57,958 nucleotides of DNA from the IMG/VR virus record IMGVR_UViG_3300037842_000637, positions 1 to 57,958 of that record, one strand, 5' to 3'. Origin of the DNA: a virus. Taxonomy: Duplodnaviria > Caudoviricetes. The notes under the pieces are model-generated. The model saw only the letters and a list, made by a program, of their open reading frames with translations. It was not told the DNA's origin and did not search any database. Each line of letters starts with the position of its first letter. Position 1 is the stretch's first letter. The position numbers were made by a program, and so were the translations under genes. Of this stretch, positions 18,199 to 28,953 are shown piece by piece.

Positions 18199-18515
18199 TA
18201 TGTGACCTTTATCGTGAGCATAGCCGCGTAGTTTGTAGAGCTGATCGCGTACGCAACATGGACTGCATAGCCGCTGTCGGCTGCATATCCATTGGCCGCC
18301 GACACAGTCAGCACAACTCCTCGAAGCCCCGTAATACTGGCAGGCGTCAGCGTCATTGTGCCTGTTTCACCAGATACAGCCACGCCGTCAGGCCCGACGA
18401 CAGTGTAGATGGGTGCCGAATCTGGCTCAACAGGGACATCACTCCCGTTCCTGCATTGCACAGGGATGAAGATCGTTCCGCCAAGCGTGGCCTCGTTTAT
18501 GAATCCATCAGTCAT
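18198..18515 (-). CDS. Small Ig-like/BppU-like virion protein
   Basis: 105 aa, beta-rich, structural operon. Confidence 0.5.
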   Translation of the reverse strand: MTDGFINEATLGGTIFIPVQCRNGSDVPVEPDSAPIYTVVGPDGVAVSGETGTMTLTPASITGLRGVVLTVSAANGYAADSGYAVHVAYAISSTNYAAMLTIKVT

Positions 18516-18696
18516 CTTGGAAGCTCACTGGCTTGAGTCCGGGTCGAGTTGTCAGCACTCCGCGTTCTTCGCAAGTCAGGTTGACCTGAGCCACCATCGC
18601 CCCGACTGGCACCGCTGTGTCAGCAACCTCAGTGATCAGCCCTGAGAACTGCTGAGCGAGCGTCTCTGAATTTGGGGAGTTCTGAGTGGTGGGCAT
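18508..18696 (-). CDS. Hypothetical protein (resembles the N-terminus of podophage nozzle proteins)
   Basis: FSGL...D....GAM...VN......GVLTTRPGL. Confidence 0.5.
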   Translation of the reverse strand: MPTTQNSPNSETLAQQFSGLITEVADTAVPVGAMVAQVNLTCEERGVLTTRPGLKPVSFQDD

Positions 18697-19844
18697 CAGG
18701 AATAGCTCACTTGCTCATAGGTGCGGGCTGCCGTGTAGGGGTCCATGCTCGTACCGCCTCTGGGTGGCGAGTGCTGATCCTGCCTGGCCGCAGCCTTCAA
18801 CGACTCATCATAGACGCCACCAGCAGCCTGACGCTGAGAGGCAGCCATCATGGTGATGTTCATGTATCGGAAGCGGGCGAGGTCCATCAGTGCCAACTGC
18901 ATCGCTCCATCGTTCACGTCGATGCGGTCGCTGATTCGGTACGCTACTGCTGAGCTGGTCAGCTCCGCGTTCGTCTTCAGTGTCACCTGTGCCGTCGTGT
19001 CAAATGTGGAGATGGCAGCCTCGTGATCATAAGGCTCATCGACATCATTGATGCTGCCGGGTACTTCAGTCGAAGCCCCGAATCGTATAACAGCGTCGGC
19101 CATCTTGCTTGTGAAGATGGTACTCGTGCCAGTTACCGTCCGTGCCCCCGCAGAAACTGCAACTGTCCCTGTAGAGTAGTCAAAAACACGAAGCAAGGTT
19201 GGCCGACGCTTAAAGAGCAAGTCGATCTTCTCGGCACTCTGCGATCCGGGGTACACCCAGAAGGCCAGTCGGGAAGGGTCTTTTGTATCGGGCATGACCG
19301 TGAAGATTCGGGGCTGGCCGCTGTACTCCAGCGACTCCCTGGCATTCTGAAACGCCTGCGGTGAGACGTAACAGCCGTTCCAGTCAGCAACACGGTCAAT
19401 ATGAAACAGGGAATCGAACCCTGCCGGTAGCGTGTACGATTCCCGAAACAGCGTGTACTCAGTGAGAGCAGCAACATCCGCCTCGGGATTCTTTGATTCA
19501 GTGAGCGTCAGAGTTGTATCGCTGAGTCGTCGGTCAACCTCGTACGGCACTGAGTCAATCAGCAGCGTTCCGTACTCAGCCCACGTCGGCCAAGTACCGG
19601 CGGCCAGCGTAACAAGACGCTCGCTGGAGCCGCCGGTATGGTCGTACGTGATCGTTGAAGATTCCTGCTGTGCTGACGTGACGATCCGATGTGGCCGCAG
19701 ATAGTAGTTCCACGTCCTTTCAGTCGGGAGGTGCTGGAGAGCTTCCTGCACAGCGATCATCGCCGCACGAACATTACGTCCGCCCGACTTCTGGCCGCCG
19801 ACAGTATCCAACACATCCAAAACTGCATCGTGCCATGTCAGCAT
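18696..19844 (-). CDS. Head-tail adaptor (tail tubular protein A-like) with inserted beta domains
   Basis: 382 aa; N-terminal helical pair then WNYY...; YTLPAGF; SGQPRIF; FWVYP motifs. Confidence 0.6.
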   Translation of the reverse strand: MLTWHDAVLDVLDTVGGQKSGGRNVRAAMIAVQEALQHLPTERTWNYYLRPHRIVTSAQQESSTITYDHTGGSSERLVTLAAGTWPTWAEYGTLLIDSVPYEVDRRLSDTTLTLTESKNPEADVAALTEYTLFRESYTLPAGFDSLFHIDRVADWNGCYVSPQAFQNARESLEYSGQPRIFTVMPDTKDPSRLAFWVYPGSQSAEKIDLLFKRRPTLLRVFDYSTGTVAVSAGARTVTGTSTIFTSKMADAVIRFGASTEVPGSINDVDEPYDHEAAISTFDTTAQVTLKTNAELTSSAVAYRISDRIDVNDGAMQLALMDLARFRYMNITMMAASQRQAAGGVYDESLKAAARQDQHSPPRGGTSMDPYTAARTYEQVSYS

Positions 19845-19846
19845 AA

Positions 19847-20017
19847 CTATTTACCTTTGCCCTTCTTTTTGGGCTTCGGTTCAGACTTAGCAGGCTTCTC
19901 GGGAGCTTGGACGTTCCCTCGACTGGCTGCTTCGTCCACGACAGCAATAATCTTCCCGGCTAAAGACGCACCAAGAGCCGTCATTAGCCGTCCCTTGTCC
20001 GGTCCAGTCAGATACAA
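19847..20017 (-). CDS. Small basic protein (56 aa, not in ORF track)
   Basis: GGAGGTG RBS, TTG start, MYLTGPDKGRLMTALG...KPKKKGKGK. Confidence 0.55.
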   Translation of the reverse strand: MYLTGPDKGRLMTALGASLAGKIIAVVDEAASRGNVQAPEKPAKSEPKPKKKGKGK

Positions 20018-20036
20018 AAGTCACCTCCACTCAGAA

Positions 20037-20480
20037 TTATGCTGCGTGAGTGACAGCAGCACTGACAGCCCATGAGCCATCAGCGAGCAGGACTCCCACG
20101 TAGCTCGTAGCCGCCCCTGACGAGAGCGTAATGGCGACATCAATGTCACCGTCAGACTCACTCCCAGCGAGCAAGACTTTGTCAGCCACCAGTTCAATCA
20201 CAAAACCGTCAGTACCGGCTGCGACTGTGGTGTAGTTGTCAGTGTTGAGTGCTGCACCAGCAGCGTCATCGAACAGGCAGATGATGACGCCTGACGGGAC
20301 AGCGATAGCATCGCCATTCTCGTCATTGAGCTGAATCGCAACTGTGATCACGTTGGCAGCCTCAGCCCCCACGGTGAGCACTGCTGCGGCCACGCCATTG
20401 CGTGTCAGCAGGTTCTTGGTCGCGGCGGAATCGCACAGCGAGTGATCAAGACGGTCGCGTGTGTTAGCAGTAATAGCCAT
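20037..20480 (-). CDS. Virion structural protein (head fibre/decoration-like)
   Basis: 147 aa, Ala/Val/Thr-rich beta protein. Confidence 0.55.
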   Translation of the reverse strand: MAITANTRDRLDHSLCDSAATKNLLTRNGVAAAVLTVGAEAANVITVAIQLNDENGDAIAVPSGVIICLFDDAAGAALNTDNYTTVAAGTDGFVIELVADKVLLAGSESDGDIDVAITLSSGAATSYVGVLLADGSWAVSAAVTHAA

Positions 20481-21022
20481 TACTTCTTACTCCCATGCTT
20501 TTCGTTGACTGCCTCTCTTGCCTCGGTGGCTGAGAGCTTTTTGTTTGACGCCATGAGCTGGGCAACTTCGGGGGCTGCCAGATCATCAGCGAGTTGCGGT
20601 GCGTTTTCGAATGGGTCGACTTCAGGCTGCCGGTGCTTCGCGACTGTCCTGCCATTGATCTCTAACTCAGCTCCCCGTTCCTCTGCAACAGCAATAGCCT
20701 CTCCCCGTGACTTCACAAATGCACGCGGGTCACCGATTTTATTAGCGATCGCGGGCTGATAGACATCGTTCGGGCTGGGATTGTAGCCCTGCTGGCGGGC
20801 GGCGGCGACCACTGCCTCGGTATATTGCTCGTCGCCGTCGAACTGGTCCTGAAGTTTTCCGAAGTTTGACAGGAAGGTTGACTCGGTCTCAGCACTCGGT
20901 GCCTTACGCATCGCCAGCATCTCAGCGAAGCCGGGCTTGTTGCCCTTCTTGATCGCCTCAGTGTAAATCCACTCGGCGGTTGGGCCGCGACTGACGATGT
21001 GACGTGGGACGTTGATGATCAT
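20480..21022 (-). CDS. Hypothetical protein downstream of portal
   Basis: 180 aa, overlapping stop/start junctions. Confidence 0.7.
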   Translation of the reverse strand: MIINVPRHIVSRGPTAEWIYTEAIKKGNKPGFAEMLAMRKAPSAETESTFLSNFGKLQDQFDGDEQYTEAVVAAARQQGYNPSPNDVYQPAIANKIGDPRAFVKSRGEAIAVAEERGAELEINGRTVAKHRQPEVDPFENAPQLADDLAAPEVAQLMASNKKLSATEAREAVNEKHGSKK

Positions 21023-23292
21023 TGTGGGGGCTGCCTTTGCTGCATCTGTTCTTCAGCCTGCATTCGGCTGAACTGGTTTCTGAGTTCTCGTTCGGCGAGC
21101 TGGGCCTTCATCATTTCGACGTTCATGTCGAGCTGTGCCGCCTGCTGGTCGAACTGGAGTTCCATCTGTTTCTGCTCGACTTCCTTACCCATGATCTGCA
21201 TCTTGAACTGATGCTCCATCTGGGCCGCCTGCATCTGCATCTGCTCGGACGCCCGCTCAGCCTGCATCCGGTCGACTTCCTGCTGCTGACCCTGCTGCTG
21301 TTCCTGCTGCATCTGCTGCTGTTGTTCCGGTGGTGGTGGTGGCGGTTGCAGCGGACCCATCTTGAGTCCTGAACCGTCCATCTCAAGCGAGTTGAACATG
21401 CGGTCGATGAGTTCGTTGAGCGGCTCGGTGTTCGTCGTGGCCTGTGCGTAGCCTTGAAGTACCGGCAGCAATGAAGGCACGATCTGTTCGAGGTTCGCCA
21501 CTTCCCGTGCCTTGTTCGGCTTCCGGGTCGTGCCCGCTTCGATCGTTACCGCAGCTTCACGCAGGATGAATTCGATCGGCTGGCTCTTGATGAGCTGGTC
21601 CCACACGCTGGCACCGTACTCACCCAGCAACGGCATGAGGTCGTAACCAGTGACGTAGGTATGCAATGTAAGCCGTTCCGCCGCTGCGACCTTCTGCTGC
21701 CACTTCTCTACCTGACCAGCCATATCGTCCGGTCTGATCTGTGACTGCTCAGCCTTGGAGCTGGTGGCCTGTGCGGAACGGTCTTGGGTCTTGGAGATAC
21801 CGTAGACCAGATCAGTCAGCCCCGTTCGCTTCTCGATCTGCTCCATCACCTCTTCGATGATTCGCCAGACGTCGAACTGCACGTTGCGGTTCTGCCAGAC
21901 TTGAATCACCTCGTTGATGTTCCGTGAGACGTTGTCCAGCTCGATGAGCACCTGGCTCTCGTCTGCGTTGAACGCTGCCTTCACGTCGTCCATCTTCTCA
22001 GCAAGGACGGCAATGATGTCCTTACTCGTATCGTAGATTCGGTTGGCCAGAGCACTCATCATCACGTTGACGAATACGATCTCGCCAAGAGCTGGCTTGA
22101 GTGGAGCGATCGGCCAAGGTGACTGCTCATCCTCGTAGAAGTCCAGCAGCGTGACGGGCCATTCCTTGTCACGCCAATGCTCGACCGGCCACGCGAATGC
22201 CTTCTTGACTTCCTCGTCGCCCTGCATCTCTGCCAGCCTCTCGCCGGGCATGTTCAATGGGTAGTTGACGCCGGGTGCTATCACCAAATGGCAGTAGTCA
22301 CCACAGGTCTCGTCAAGAGCCTTGAGTGTCTCGTTCTTCTCGCCCTTCCCCTTGCGACTCTGGTGCCGGTAACCGATCCCAGACTTGGAGAAGATGCGGT
22401 AATAGGTGATCAGGTCATGCGTCTCGCGATTCTTGCGGTCCTGTGCCTTGCGGTGCTCAGGAGCTTCACTGAGTGCTTCCGTTGATTCCTTGTGTCCCTT
22501 CAGTGCTCCGACCGGCAGGTTGTATCTCCGCTCCACCACCCATGTCGGTTCGGTCACTTCACGACTGATCCAGTAGGCGTCTGAGAGGTCAGGCGTCCGG
22601 CAGTCTGCGTCGATCAGCAGGTTGTCGACCGTGTCGAAGAACGAGCCTGCGAGCTTCCGCGAGTCGCCGGGCATGTCGTAAAGCTCGGTCCACAGGCAGC
22701 CTCGCCCCGTGACGATCGCTTCCTGCACAGCACGTCGAGCGTGAGCATACAGCCCGCCGCCCGGCTGCTCACGCGGCATGTGGTTCAGAACCTTGGCCAG
22801 CACGGTCGCCCGTAGCTTGTCGATGCTGTGCTTCTGCTGAACCTGCTGTTGAACCTTCTGCATCTGCTGCTGCATCTGCTGCTGCATCTGCTGCATGTAC
22901 TGCTGAATCTGCTCCGGCGGCATACCCGGCGGCGGCTGCAACCCACCCTCTGGCTGGAACAGTTCAGGGATGACGTCCAGTGGTTCTCTGGCTTCTGCCT
23001 GTCGGTGCGGGTTCCGGTAGTAAAGAAGCGGACCGAAGATTGCCACCGCTTCGAAGACTTTGCAGAACGTGAACTTGAATTTCGGAGAGACTCCCTTGTT
23101 CATGTACGATTCGTAGATGCCGCCATCCTGCTTCCAGAAATCTTCGGAGGTCTTGTGAAAGACCCGGCAATGCCTGGCTGTCTGGGCGAATGACTTCTTT
23201 GCCTCGCGGGCAAAGCGGATTTTCTCCATCCAACTGTCGACCAGTGGCCGCAGTTCGTCGTTCACTGGATGCTGGTTGAATGGATGTTCCAA
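21019..23292 (-). CDS. Portal protein
   Basis: 757 aa after TerL; ARRAVQEAIVTGRG, WISREV, TGLTDLVYG...SAQATS motifs; Q/M-rich C-terminal barrel-like helix as in P22-like portals. Confidence 0.8.
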   Translation of the reverse strand: MEHPFNQHPVNDELRPLVDSWMEKIRFAREAKKSFAQTARHCRVFHKTSEDFWKQDGGIYESYMNKGVSPKFKFTFCKVFEAVAIFGPLLYYRNPHRQAEAREPLDVIPELFQPEGGLQPPPGMPPEQIQQYMQQMQQQMQQQMQKVQQQVQQKHSIDKLRATVLAKVLNHMPREQPGGGLYAHARRAVQEAIVTGRGCLWTELYDMPGDSRKLAGSFFDTVDNLLIDADCRTPDLSDAYWISREVTEPTWVVERRYNLPVGALKGHKESTEALSEAPEHRKAQDRKNRETHDLITYYRIFSKSGIGYRHQSRKGKGEKNETLKALDETCGDYCHLVIAPGVNYPLNMPGERLAEMQGDEEVKKAFAWPVEHWRDKEWPVTLLDFYEDEQSPWPIAPLKPALGEIVFVNVMMSALANRIYDTSKDIIAVLAEKMDDVKAAFNADESQVLIELDNVSRNINEVIQVWQNRNVQFDVWRIIEEVMEQIEKRTGLTDLVYGISKTQDRSAQATSSKAEQSQIRPDDMAGQVEKWQQKVAAAERLTLHTYVTGYDLMPLLGEYGASVWDQLIKSQPIEFILREAAVTIEAGTTRKPNKAREVANLEQIVPSLLPVLQGYAQATTNTEPLNELIDRMFNSLEMDGSGLKMGPLQPPPPPPEQQQQMQQEQQQGQQQEVDRMQAERASEQMQMQAAQMEHQFKMQIMGKEVEQKQMELQFDQQAAQLDMNVEMMKAQLAERELRNQFSRMQAEEQMQQRQPPQ

Positions 23293-23320
23293 GGGAGAAG
23301 CTCTTTTTTAGACAGAGACT

Positions 23321-23812
23321 TTAGACAGAGGATGCGGGAGACAGTGCCCAATCGCGGACATCAGACTCCATGATCCCAAAGTTCTCAGCGATCTGAGCAA
23401 AATCAGCCCCGTCCTTCTGGACTTCGACCATCACTTTCTTCTTGATGGCCGCCTGACGTTCTTCGAGTTCTTTCTTCTGTAGCTCAGAGTCAAGAACCCG
23501 ATCGACACGCTCCTGCTCCTGCCGCTCCCGGAGCTTATCGTGTTCCTGGACAGTCGCCCATAGACCTCTCAGCTTGACAGCCTCCGGGCTGATGGGATTT
23601 GCCGTGTCTTTGAGCTTAGTCGTGTGGCTCACGGAAATGTGCTGGTACTCAACGCCGTTGTTGGTCCATGTCAGGTCGATGGTCTGGCCGTCAGGGTAGA
23701 CGCGATCAACCCTCACCTGTCGTCCGGCGTGGCGTTCAATCTGCCCGCCCTCGTACCAAACAACATTGCTGAGTTCATAGCACCTTGGTTTCGGTAGTGT
23801 CTTGCCGGTCAT
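23321..23812 (-). CDS. Hypothetical protein with C-terminal HTH-like segment
   Basis: 163 aa; [18 protein letters not shown]. Confidence 0.6.
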   Translation of the reverse strand: MTGKTLPKPRCYELSNVVWYEGGQIERHAGRQVRVDRVYPDGQTIDLTWTNNGVEYQHISVSHTTKLKDTANPISPEAVKLRGLWATVQEHDKLRERQEQERVDRVLDSELQKKELEERQAAIKKKVMVEVQKDGADFAQIAENFGIMESDVRDWALSPASSV

Positions 23813-25488
23813 ACTGGGGCACCTAATCTAAAAGAGTCCTTATCTTCCTTCCCAAACAAACTAGCGAGACGCTCTTTCAAGAGCGTTGCCTGGGACTTAA
23901 CCACGACCGACTTCGGTCGGTGATACTTGAAGTCTGCCGCGACGATGTACTCCATGCAGTTCATGAGGTCATTGTTTCGGGCGACTGGTTCGTCGTCGTA
24001 CTCCTGCTGGCGGATACGGCGTTTGTATTTCTGGAATTCACTCAGCGTGTGCGGTAGGTTCGGCGTCCAAAACAGGAGCTTCGGCACTCCTTCTGTGTTC
24101 AGCGTATCGAGACCCTTGCGGACTTCCATCGTCCTGAACTGCACCTGATCGCTACCCCACTGGAATGAGTTCTTAGTCTTTTCAGACCAGATGCGGAGCT
24201 TCTTGAATTCGCCGACGTACTGCTCGCGTACGGTGCGGCCAAACCCCACTGGTGTCTGGCGGCCAGCACGATGGTCCATCACGAAACAGTGGAAGTGGAC
24301 ACCCTGCACACGCGGGAGCACTTCTGCGGCCAACTTGGCGGCTGAGCTGTTGACCTGGAATATCTCGTCGTAGAACACCATGTGGTTGCCGTACTCTGGC
24401 GGCGGGATCGCTGCGAACAGTACGGCGGCCTTGGCTGAGCCGGGGTCAAGACCGAGCACTCGGGTCCAGTTCGCAGGCGGGACGCCGTTGTTCTCGACCA
24501 TGATCGCTGCCACGTCACCAGGTGGGCTGCGGTCGTCAGCGATGCCATGCACCACCCTGTCAAACTCGGGGTACATCAGGACGTGATCAGTTGGGAACTC
24601 ACCCGTATCACGAGCAGCCAGAACAATGTCTCCATGAGCACCCCAGCGAGCCAGCGTACGCTTCTTATCCAAGTCCGAGAAGTAGAGGTTGTCATGATAG
24701 TTGAGCCTGAATTCCTGAATGTCAGCCTTCGGATCATGGGATTCATCTTCCGCCCGGTTGCAGAGTGCTTGCAGGGAGTCGTTACGTGCCCACGGGAACG
24801 CGGACCAGACGAACTTACCGCCGCCGGAGCAGCGTGCCTGAAGCTCGGGGACCATCTCTGGCCGCTCGATGTCTTCGTCCACCCACAGCATGTCAACCTG
24901 AATACCCTGTGCCGGATTACCGCCTGACGTGAACGCCCAGATTTCGTTGCCGTTGTGCAGGCGACAGACCTGGAACACGTTCCGCCGCTTGTCGCTCCAC
25001 GCCCATGCGTTCTGGTCGACGAACCTCTCAGGGATCAGTGGCCCGGATGGCCGCCGCTGATCTTCTCGAATAACGTCCATTGGATTCTGAGGACTCCACA
25101 CCCGTGGCTTCCCGGTGATCTCGTCGTCGATTATCCAGAATGCACCCGGTCGGAACAGCTTTCGATAGACCGTACCGCCTATGTGCTTCTCGTCGTATCC
25201 AAAAACCCAGGCCACGATGTTCCGGGTTGCTGGGTCGGGATACTTTCTTCGAATGGGGTTGCCGTCGTACCCGATGATCGTCTGCCCGGTCAGTGCTGAG
25301 GCGAACTCAGTGGCCGCAGCGATCGTCTTGCCTGACTGGTTGCCGCCACGGATGATCCGCTCGGAAGCGTCTGACTCGTGAAAGACCTGTTGCTTCTTTG
25401 TGGGTCGGTAAACTCGGAGACCCTCTTCGGACCTACGCTTTACTTCCTGATTGATTCGCCTGATCTCAGTGGCGTTAGTGTTGCTCAC
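23809..25488 (-). CDS. terL: Terminase large subunit
   Basis: Walker A GGNQSGKT, Walker B MLWVDED, nuclease GLDPG and NNDLMN; GTG start at 25488 with GGAGG RBS. Confidence 0.92.
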   Translation of the reverse strand: MSNTNATEIRRINQEVKRRSEEGLRVYRPTKKQQVFHESDASERIIRGGNQSGKTIAAATEFASALTGQTIIGYDGNPIRRKYPDPATRNIVAWVFGYDEKHIGGTVYRKLFRPGAFWIIDDEITGKPRVWSPQNPMDVIREDQRRPSGPLIPERFVDQNAWAWSDKRRNVFQVCRLHNGNEIWAFTSGGNPAQGIQVDMLWVDEDIERPEMVPELQARCSGGGKFVWSAFPWARNDSLQALCNRAEDESHDPKADIQEFRLNYHDNLYFSDLDKKRTLARWGAHGDIVLAARDTGEFPTDHVLMYPEFDRVVHGIADDRSPPGDVAAIMVENNGVPPANWTRVLGLDPGSAKAAVLFAAIPPPEYGNHMVFYDEIFQVNSSAAKLAAEVLPRVQGVHFHCFVMDHRAGRQTPVGFGRTVREQYVGEFKKLRIWSEKTKNSFQWGSDQVQFRTMEVRKGLDTLNTEGVPKLLFWTPNLPHTLSEFQKYKRRIRQQEYDDEPVARNNDLMNCMEYIVAADFKYHRPKSVVVKSQATLLKERLASLFGKEDKDSFRLGAPV

Positions 25489-25882
25489 TGCTGACCTCCG
25501 CGTCGATGATGTCCGCGTTCTTCGCGAATGACGCTGCCAGCTCAGGGTCTGATCGAATGGCATCCTTGATAGCCTCAACGCGAATCTCTTCGAGTTCCTC
25601 ATCAGTGAGGTCTTCGAGAGCACGCTGTCCAGCCTTGGACGCTTTCTCCATAGTGTCGGGGATCATCTTCAAGAGGTCCGCTTCGACACGCTTGTTGTCG
25701 GTCTTCTTGCAGCGGTCCATCAGGTTGATGTACCTGTCTGCCCACCCCGTCACGCCACCGACTCGGTCGATGAGTGCGTCACTGAGTGCTGTCATGTCAG
25801 CAGCCGCACGACGTACGATCGCTTTCGTAGTCTCGGTCGACTCTTCCTTGACAGATAGCTCGGCGGGGGCGTCCGTGCTCAT
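25475..25882 (-). CDS. Probable terminase small subunit
   Basis: 135-aa helical protein overlapping the terL start; [10 protein letters not shown] tail. Confidence 0.6.
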   Translation of the reverse strand: MSTDAPAELSVKEESTETTKAIVRRAAADMTALSDALIDRVGGVTGWADRYINLMDRCKKTDNKRVEADLLKMIPDTMEKASKAGQRALEDLTDEELEEIRVEAIKDAIRSDPELAASFAKNADIIDAEVSSEQH

Positions 25883-25896
25883 GGGATTCCTATCTC

Positions 25897-25927
25897 AAAA
25901 AAGGGGCGTGGTGTGAGCCACGCCCCT
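25897..25927 (-). terminator. Rho-independent terminator after capsid genes
   Basis: AGGGGCGTGG-loop-CCACGCCCCT followed by a T run on the minus strand. Confidence 0.85.
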
Positions 25928-25956
25928 CTCGAAACAACGCAAGAAATGTCTAAACC

Positions 25957-26493
25957 TTACGAGTTGCCGCGACAGTTGATGCTCGCCACGAAGACTGCAT
26001 CAGCAGCCGCTGTCTCGGTTGCCACTCCAATGTCGAACTCAGTCGGCGTTGAAGAGTTCGTTGTGACTTCACCAGCGGCACCAGTGGCGAGAGTGTCGCC
26101 AACAGTGACCCCTGAGCCGGAGTCAATCACTTCTGTTGGGCCTTCAACGACCATCCAGAAGTATTCGTCATCAGGAACGCCAGCGGCGGCCACATGACGA
26201 TTCACGACACCGATCGGCTTGTCCGCAGTACCTGCGGCACCGAGCGTTGACGTCTTGAACAACAGCGAGGAAGCAGTGTCCGGCTTGCAAACAATACCCG
26301 GCAGCAATGCACCACCAGAGTTGTTCTTTGTCAGCCGCACAAAGACAGCTCGCGAAGAGTCCAGGGTGTCAGGCGTAGCGATGTCGTAATCGTTATAGAT
26401 GCCTTCCTTCCCTGCGATCTTCTGCTTTTCAACTTCGGTCTCTGAGATCGTCGCGGCAATCTCATGGACCATTTCTAGGATGTTAGTCCCCAT
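25957..26493 (-). CDS. Capsid decoration/cement protein
   Basis: 178 aa immediately after MCP; YFWMVVEGP..V...GD.L..G..G motif. Confidence 0.65.
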   Translation of the reverse strand: MGTNILEMVHEIAATISETEVEKQKIAGKEGIYNDYDIATPDTLDSSRAVFVRLTKNNSGGALLPGIVCKPDTASSLLFKTSTLGAAGTADKPIGVVNRHVAAAGVPDDEYFWMVVEGPTEVIDSGSGVTVGDTLATGAAGEVTTNSSTPTEFDIGVATETAAADAVFVASINCRGNS

Positions 26494-26555
26494 CTGAGTA
26501 TCCCCCCTTGGGAAAAGTTTTCATGTCTGTAAGAAGACGCACTTAGCCACCCGGC

Positions 26556-27698
26556 TTAGGATGCGTAGTTCTTGGTTTTGAAGAAAAACTTAGGTGACGT
26601 GTAGCGTGCGTTCCCGAGGAAGATGCACAGGAAGATGTAGGCAAGTCGGTCAGTGTGCCACTCTGGACCCCATGACTTGAACAGCTCATCGTGCTGGCTG
26701 TGAATAGCGAGGTTGTTAAGACTCAACCCATAACCGCTGTTCACTGGACATCCGTAGTCCACGTCCACTCCTAATCCATCATAATTGATGGTGGAAGCGA
26801 ACCCGAGGTCCATCGACTCTTTGTGAGGACTGTTGATTCGCAGACGTGATTCGAGCTTGTTCTTCAAGTCGATGCACATCTGAGACTCGGTCAGGAACAG
26901 GTCAGGACGACCTTCCGAACCGCAGAGGCGAGACTGCACTTCGATTGCAGTTCGCAGCACGGCGAGGCAGTTGTCCTGCCACGTCTGGCCGCTGGTGCCC
27001 CAGTTATTACTGGACCAGTTCCACAGCTTCGGTGACCAGTAATCGTACTGGGAATCGAGCTGACCATTGGCACCACCACCGAACGGCCAGTCCGTTGCAA
27101 TGCTGGCGTTCGGTGAAGTTGTCAGGTCTGAGGACCATGACCCACCCGCTGCACCAACCGCAGTGCTGACACCAGCGTAGGTGTCACCCGGCTTGGCGAT
27201 TTTGTCTGCGGCCACCGTGGTTGACTCGCCGTCAAACGACCCAAAACCGTGGAGCTTCTGCTCGTTGCCAGCAGCATTGCCGTCAACGTAGAGCTGAGAG
27301 TTCCAGAAGTCGGTCATGCTCCGCTTCAGGCTTTCGAGCTTGGTCCCGATCAGTTTGACCATCGCCTCCGTGCCACGGTTCTGTCTCTCATTGATATGAG
27401 TGATCAGGTCTTCCGCGTAGTAGCTGCGGAAGTCGATACCAGCCTGTTTGTGGTGATCTTTTCTGGTGAATACCAGGGCTTGACCATCACCAAGCTGACG
27501 GGGCTGCGTCTGCTTGTATTCAACGGGCCATGTGAGCTGGTCACCTGCCTCATTGAATTTGAAACGCCCCTTCTTTCGAAGCATAGCTGTGAGCAGCCTG
27601 CCTCGAATGAGCGTCTCTGTTACCTGCGGGATGTACCGCTCTCGCGTTACTTCCGCTGTCCCTTGCCACGACGTACGTGCAACACCATGCGTTGGCAT
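26556..27698 (-). CDS. Major capsid protein
   Basis: 380 aa after scaffold; LYVDG.......LHGF, GFASTINYDG..V.VDYGCP motifs typical of HK97-fold MCPs. Confidence 0.8.
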   Translation of the reverse strand: MPTHGVARTSWQGTAEVTRERYIPQVTETLIRGRLLTAMLRKKGRFKFNEAGDQLTWPVEYKQTQPRQLGDGQALVFTRKDHHKQAGIDFRSYYAEDLITHINERQNRGTEAMVKLIGTKLESLKRSMTDFWNSQLYVDGNAAGNEQKLHGFGSFDGESTTVAADKIAKPGDTYAGVSTAVGAAGGSWSSDLTTSPNASIATDWPFGGGANGQLDSQYDYWSPKLWNWSSNNWGTSGQTWQDNCLAVLRTAIEVQSRLCGSEGRPDLFLTESQMCIDLKNKLESRLRINSPHKESMDLGFASTINYDGLGVDVDYGCPVNSGYGLSLNNLAIHSQHDELFKSWGPEWHTDRLAYIFLCIFLGNARYTSPKFFFKTKNYAS

Positions 27699-27719
27699 TG
27701 TAGTCTCCCCTGTCAGACT

Positions 27720-28856
27720 TTAGTTTAATTCACCAGAGGCATTCATCGCCCCTGACTCAATGGCAACTGACCGGGCGATTGACTCTGGGTCTTCGACGAT
27801 AAAGTCAGCGGCGTCAACCACTGCCCCTGTCGTCTCTGGACCAGAATCTCGACTGGTAGTCGTAAATGCCGAACCGGGAGCGGATGCCCCCTGATTACCT
27901 ACGTGCCTGTCGAGGTACGAAGGCTGCTGCGGGGACTGTGCGTATTGTTGGACGGGTGCTGGCTGTTGCGGAGCGTACTGCTGCTGCTGAGCGTACTGCT
28001 GCTGAGCGTACTGCTGCTGAGCGTACTGCTGCTGAGCGTACTGCTGCTGCTGTGCTTCGTACTGCTGGGTCTGCCGTGCCTCGTACTGATCTCTGACTTC
28101 GTTTTCGATCGCAGTGTCCAGCATCTCCCGCTCCAGATCGCGGGTGGCCTGGCCGAATATATGCTCAGGATCGTAGTTGCGTTCACGATACTCATCGACG
28201 ATCTCACTGAGTCGTTGCCCTTCAGCCGATAGTACCTGCTGGCCATTCTGTTCTTCGTAGATGACCCCGGAGTTGTGTGCCAACCACTGATCAACTTCCT
28301 GCGACCGCTGTCGGTCATTCCACGCTTTCTCGAAGCGTTCCTTGAATTGTTCTTCCAGCCAGTCACCACCAACGTGCTGACGAATCATCGCCTGCGGGTC
28401 GGTCATCATCGCCTGCATGTTCTCGCGGCGGGTATCCATCTGAGACTGAGCAGCCTTGACCACGTCGTAGGGTACTGGTGCTCCCGCTTTCGGAAGAACT
28501 CGGCCATTGTCCTCGACGAGTAAGTGCTCCCACTTGCCCACGTCTGGTCCGGCGACTTCTGCTGGTCCGGCGGCGGTTGGAATCTGTAAGTTCTCAGCGG
28601 CGGCCTGGGCGGCCATGAGCTGATTCTGCGTCTCTGAGAGCTGACTCTGATTCGTCATGTAGCCCTGAGCTGCCTGAATGAGTGCGTCGGCGAATGCTGC
28701 CTCACCACCCTGAAACTGATTGATGTCTATTCCCTTACTCCTAGCATGATCAGCCAGACTGAATGCAGCAGGTGCCGCCTGCTGTTGTCCAACCAGGGCA
28801 GCGTACTGCTCCGGTGACATTTGAGGCTGAGTAAATTGCTGGGGGTATTGGGGCAT
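27720..28856 (-). CDS. Probable scaffolding protein
   Basis: Acidic, Gln-rich helical protein upstream of MCP. Confidence 0.6.
   Translation of the reverse strand: MPQYPQQFTQPQMSPEQYAALVGQQQAAPAAFSLADHARSKGIDINQFQGGEAAFADALIQAAQGYMTNQSQLSETQNQLMAAQAAAENLQIPTAAGPAEVAGPDVGKWEHLLVEDNGRVLPKAGAPVPYDVVKAAQSQMDTRRENMQAMMTDPQAMIRQHVGGDWLEEQFKERFEKAWNDRQRSQEVDQWLAHNSGVIYEEQNGQQVLSAEGQRLSEIVDEYRERNYDPEHIFGQATRDLEREMLDTAIENEVRDQYEARQTQQYEAQQQQYAQQQYAQQQYAQQQYAQQQQYAPQQPAPVQQYAQSPQQPSYLDRHVGNQGASAPGSAFTTTSRDSGPETTGAVVDAADFIVEDPESIARSVAIESGAMNASGELN
27971..28050. repeat. 15-bp tandem repeat encoding QQQYA
   Basis: About five copies of GAGCGTACTGCTGCT. Confidence 0.9.
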
Positions 28857-28910
28857 TTTGACTTCTCGGGATAGTTATGCGAATCTAACTGAGTAGCACT
28901 TACCGATCTG

Positions 28911-28939
28911 ACGATACCTTTGACCATTCTCCTCGTCAA
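28911..28939 (-). promoter_or_regulatory. Sigma70-like promoter of the virion operon
   Basis: TTGACG-17 bp-TATCGT upstream of the scaffold gene. Confidence 0.55.
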
Positions 28940-28953
28940 TAGGACGACACTCG

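Noticed and set aside
25489-25623. Longer TerL N-terminus from the ORF track
   Set aside because: Overlaps terS extensively; GTG at 25488 has a GGAGG RBS
27971-28050. Tandem repeat as CRISPR or iteron
   Set aside because: In-frame coding repeat (QQQYA) without spacers
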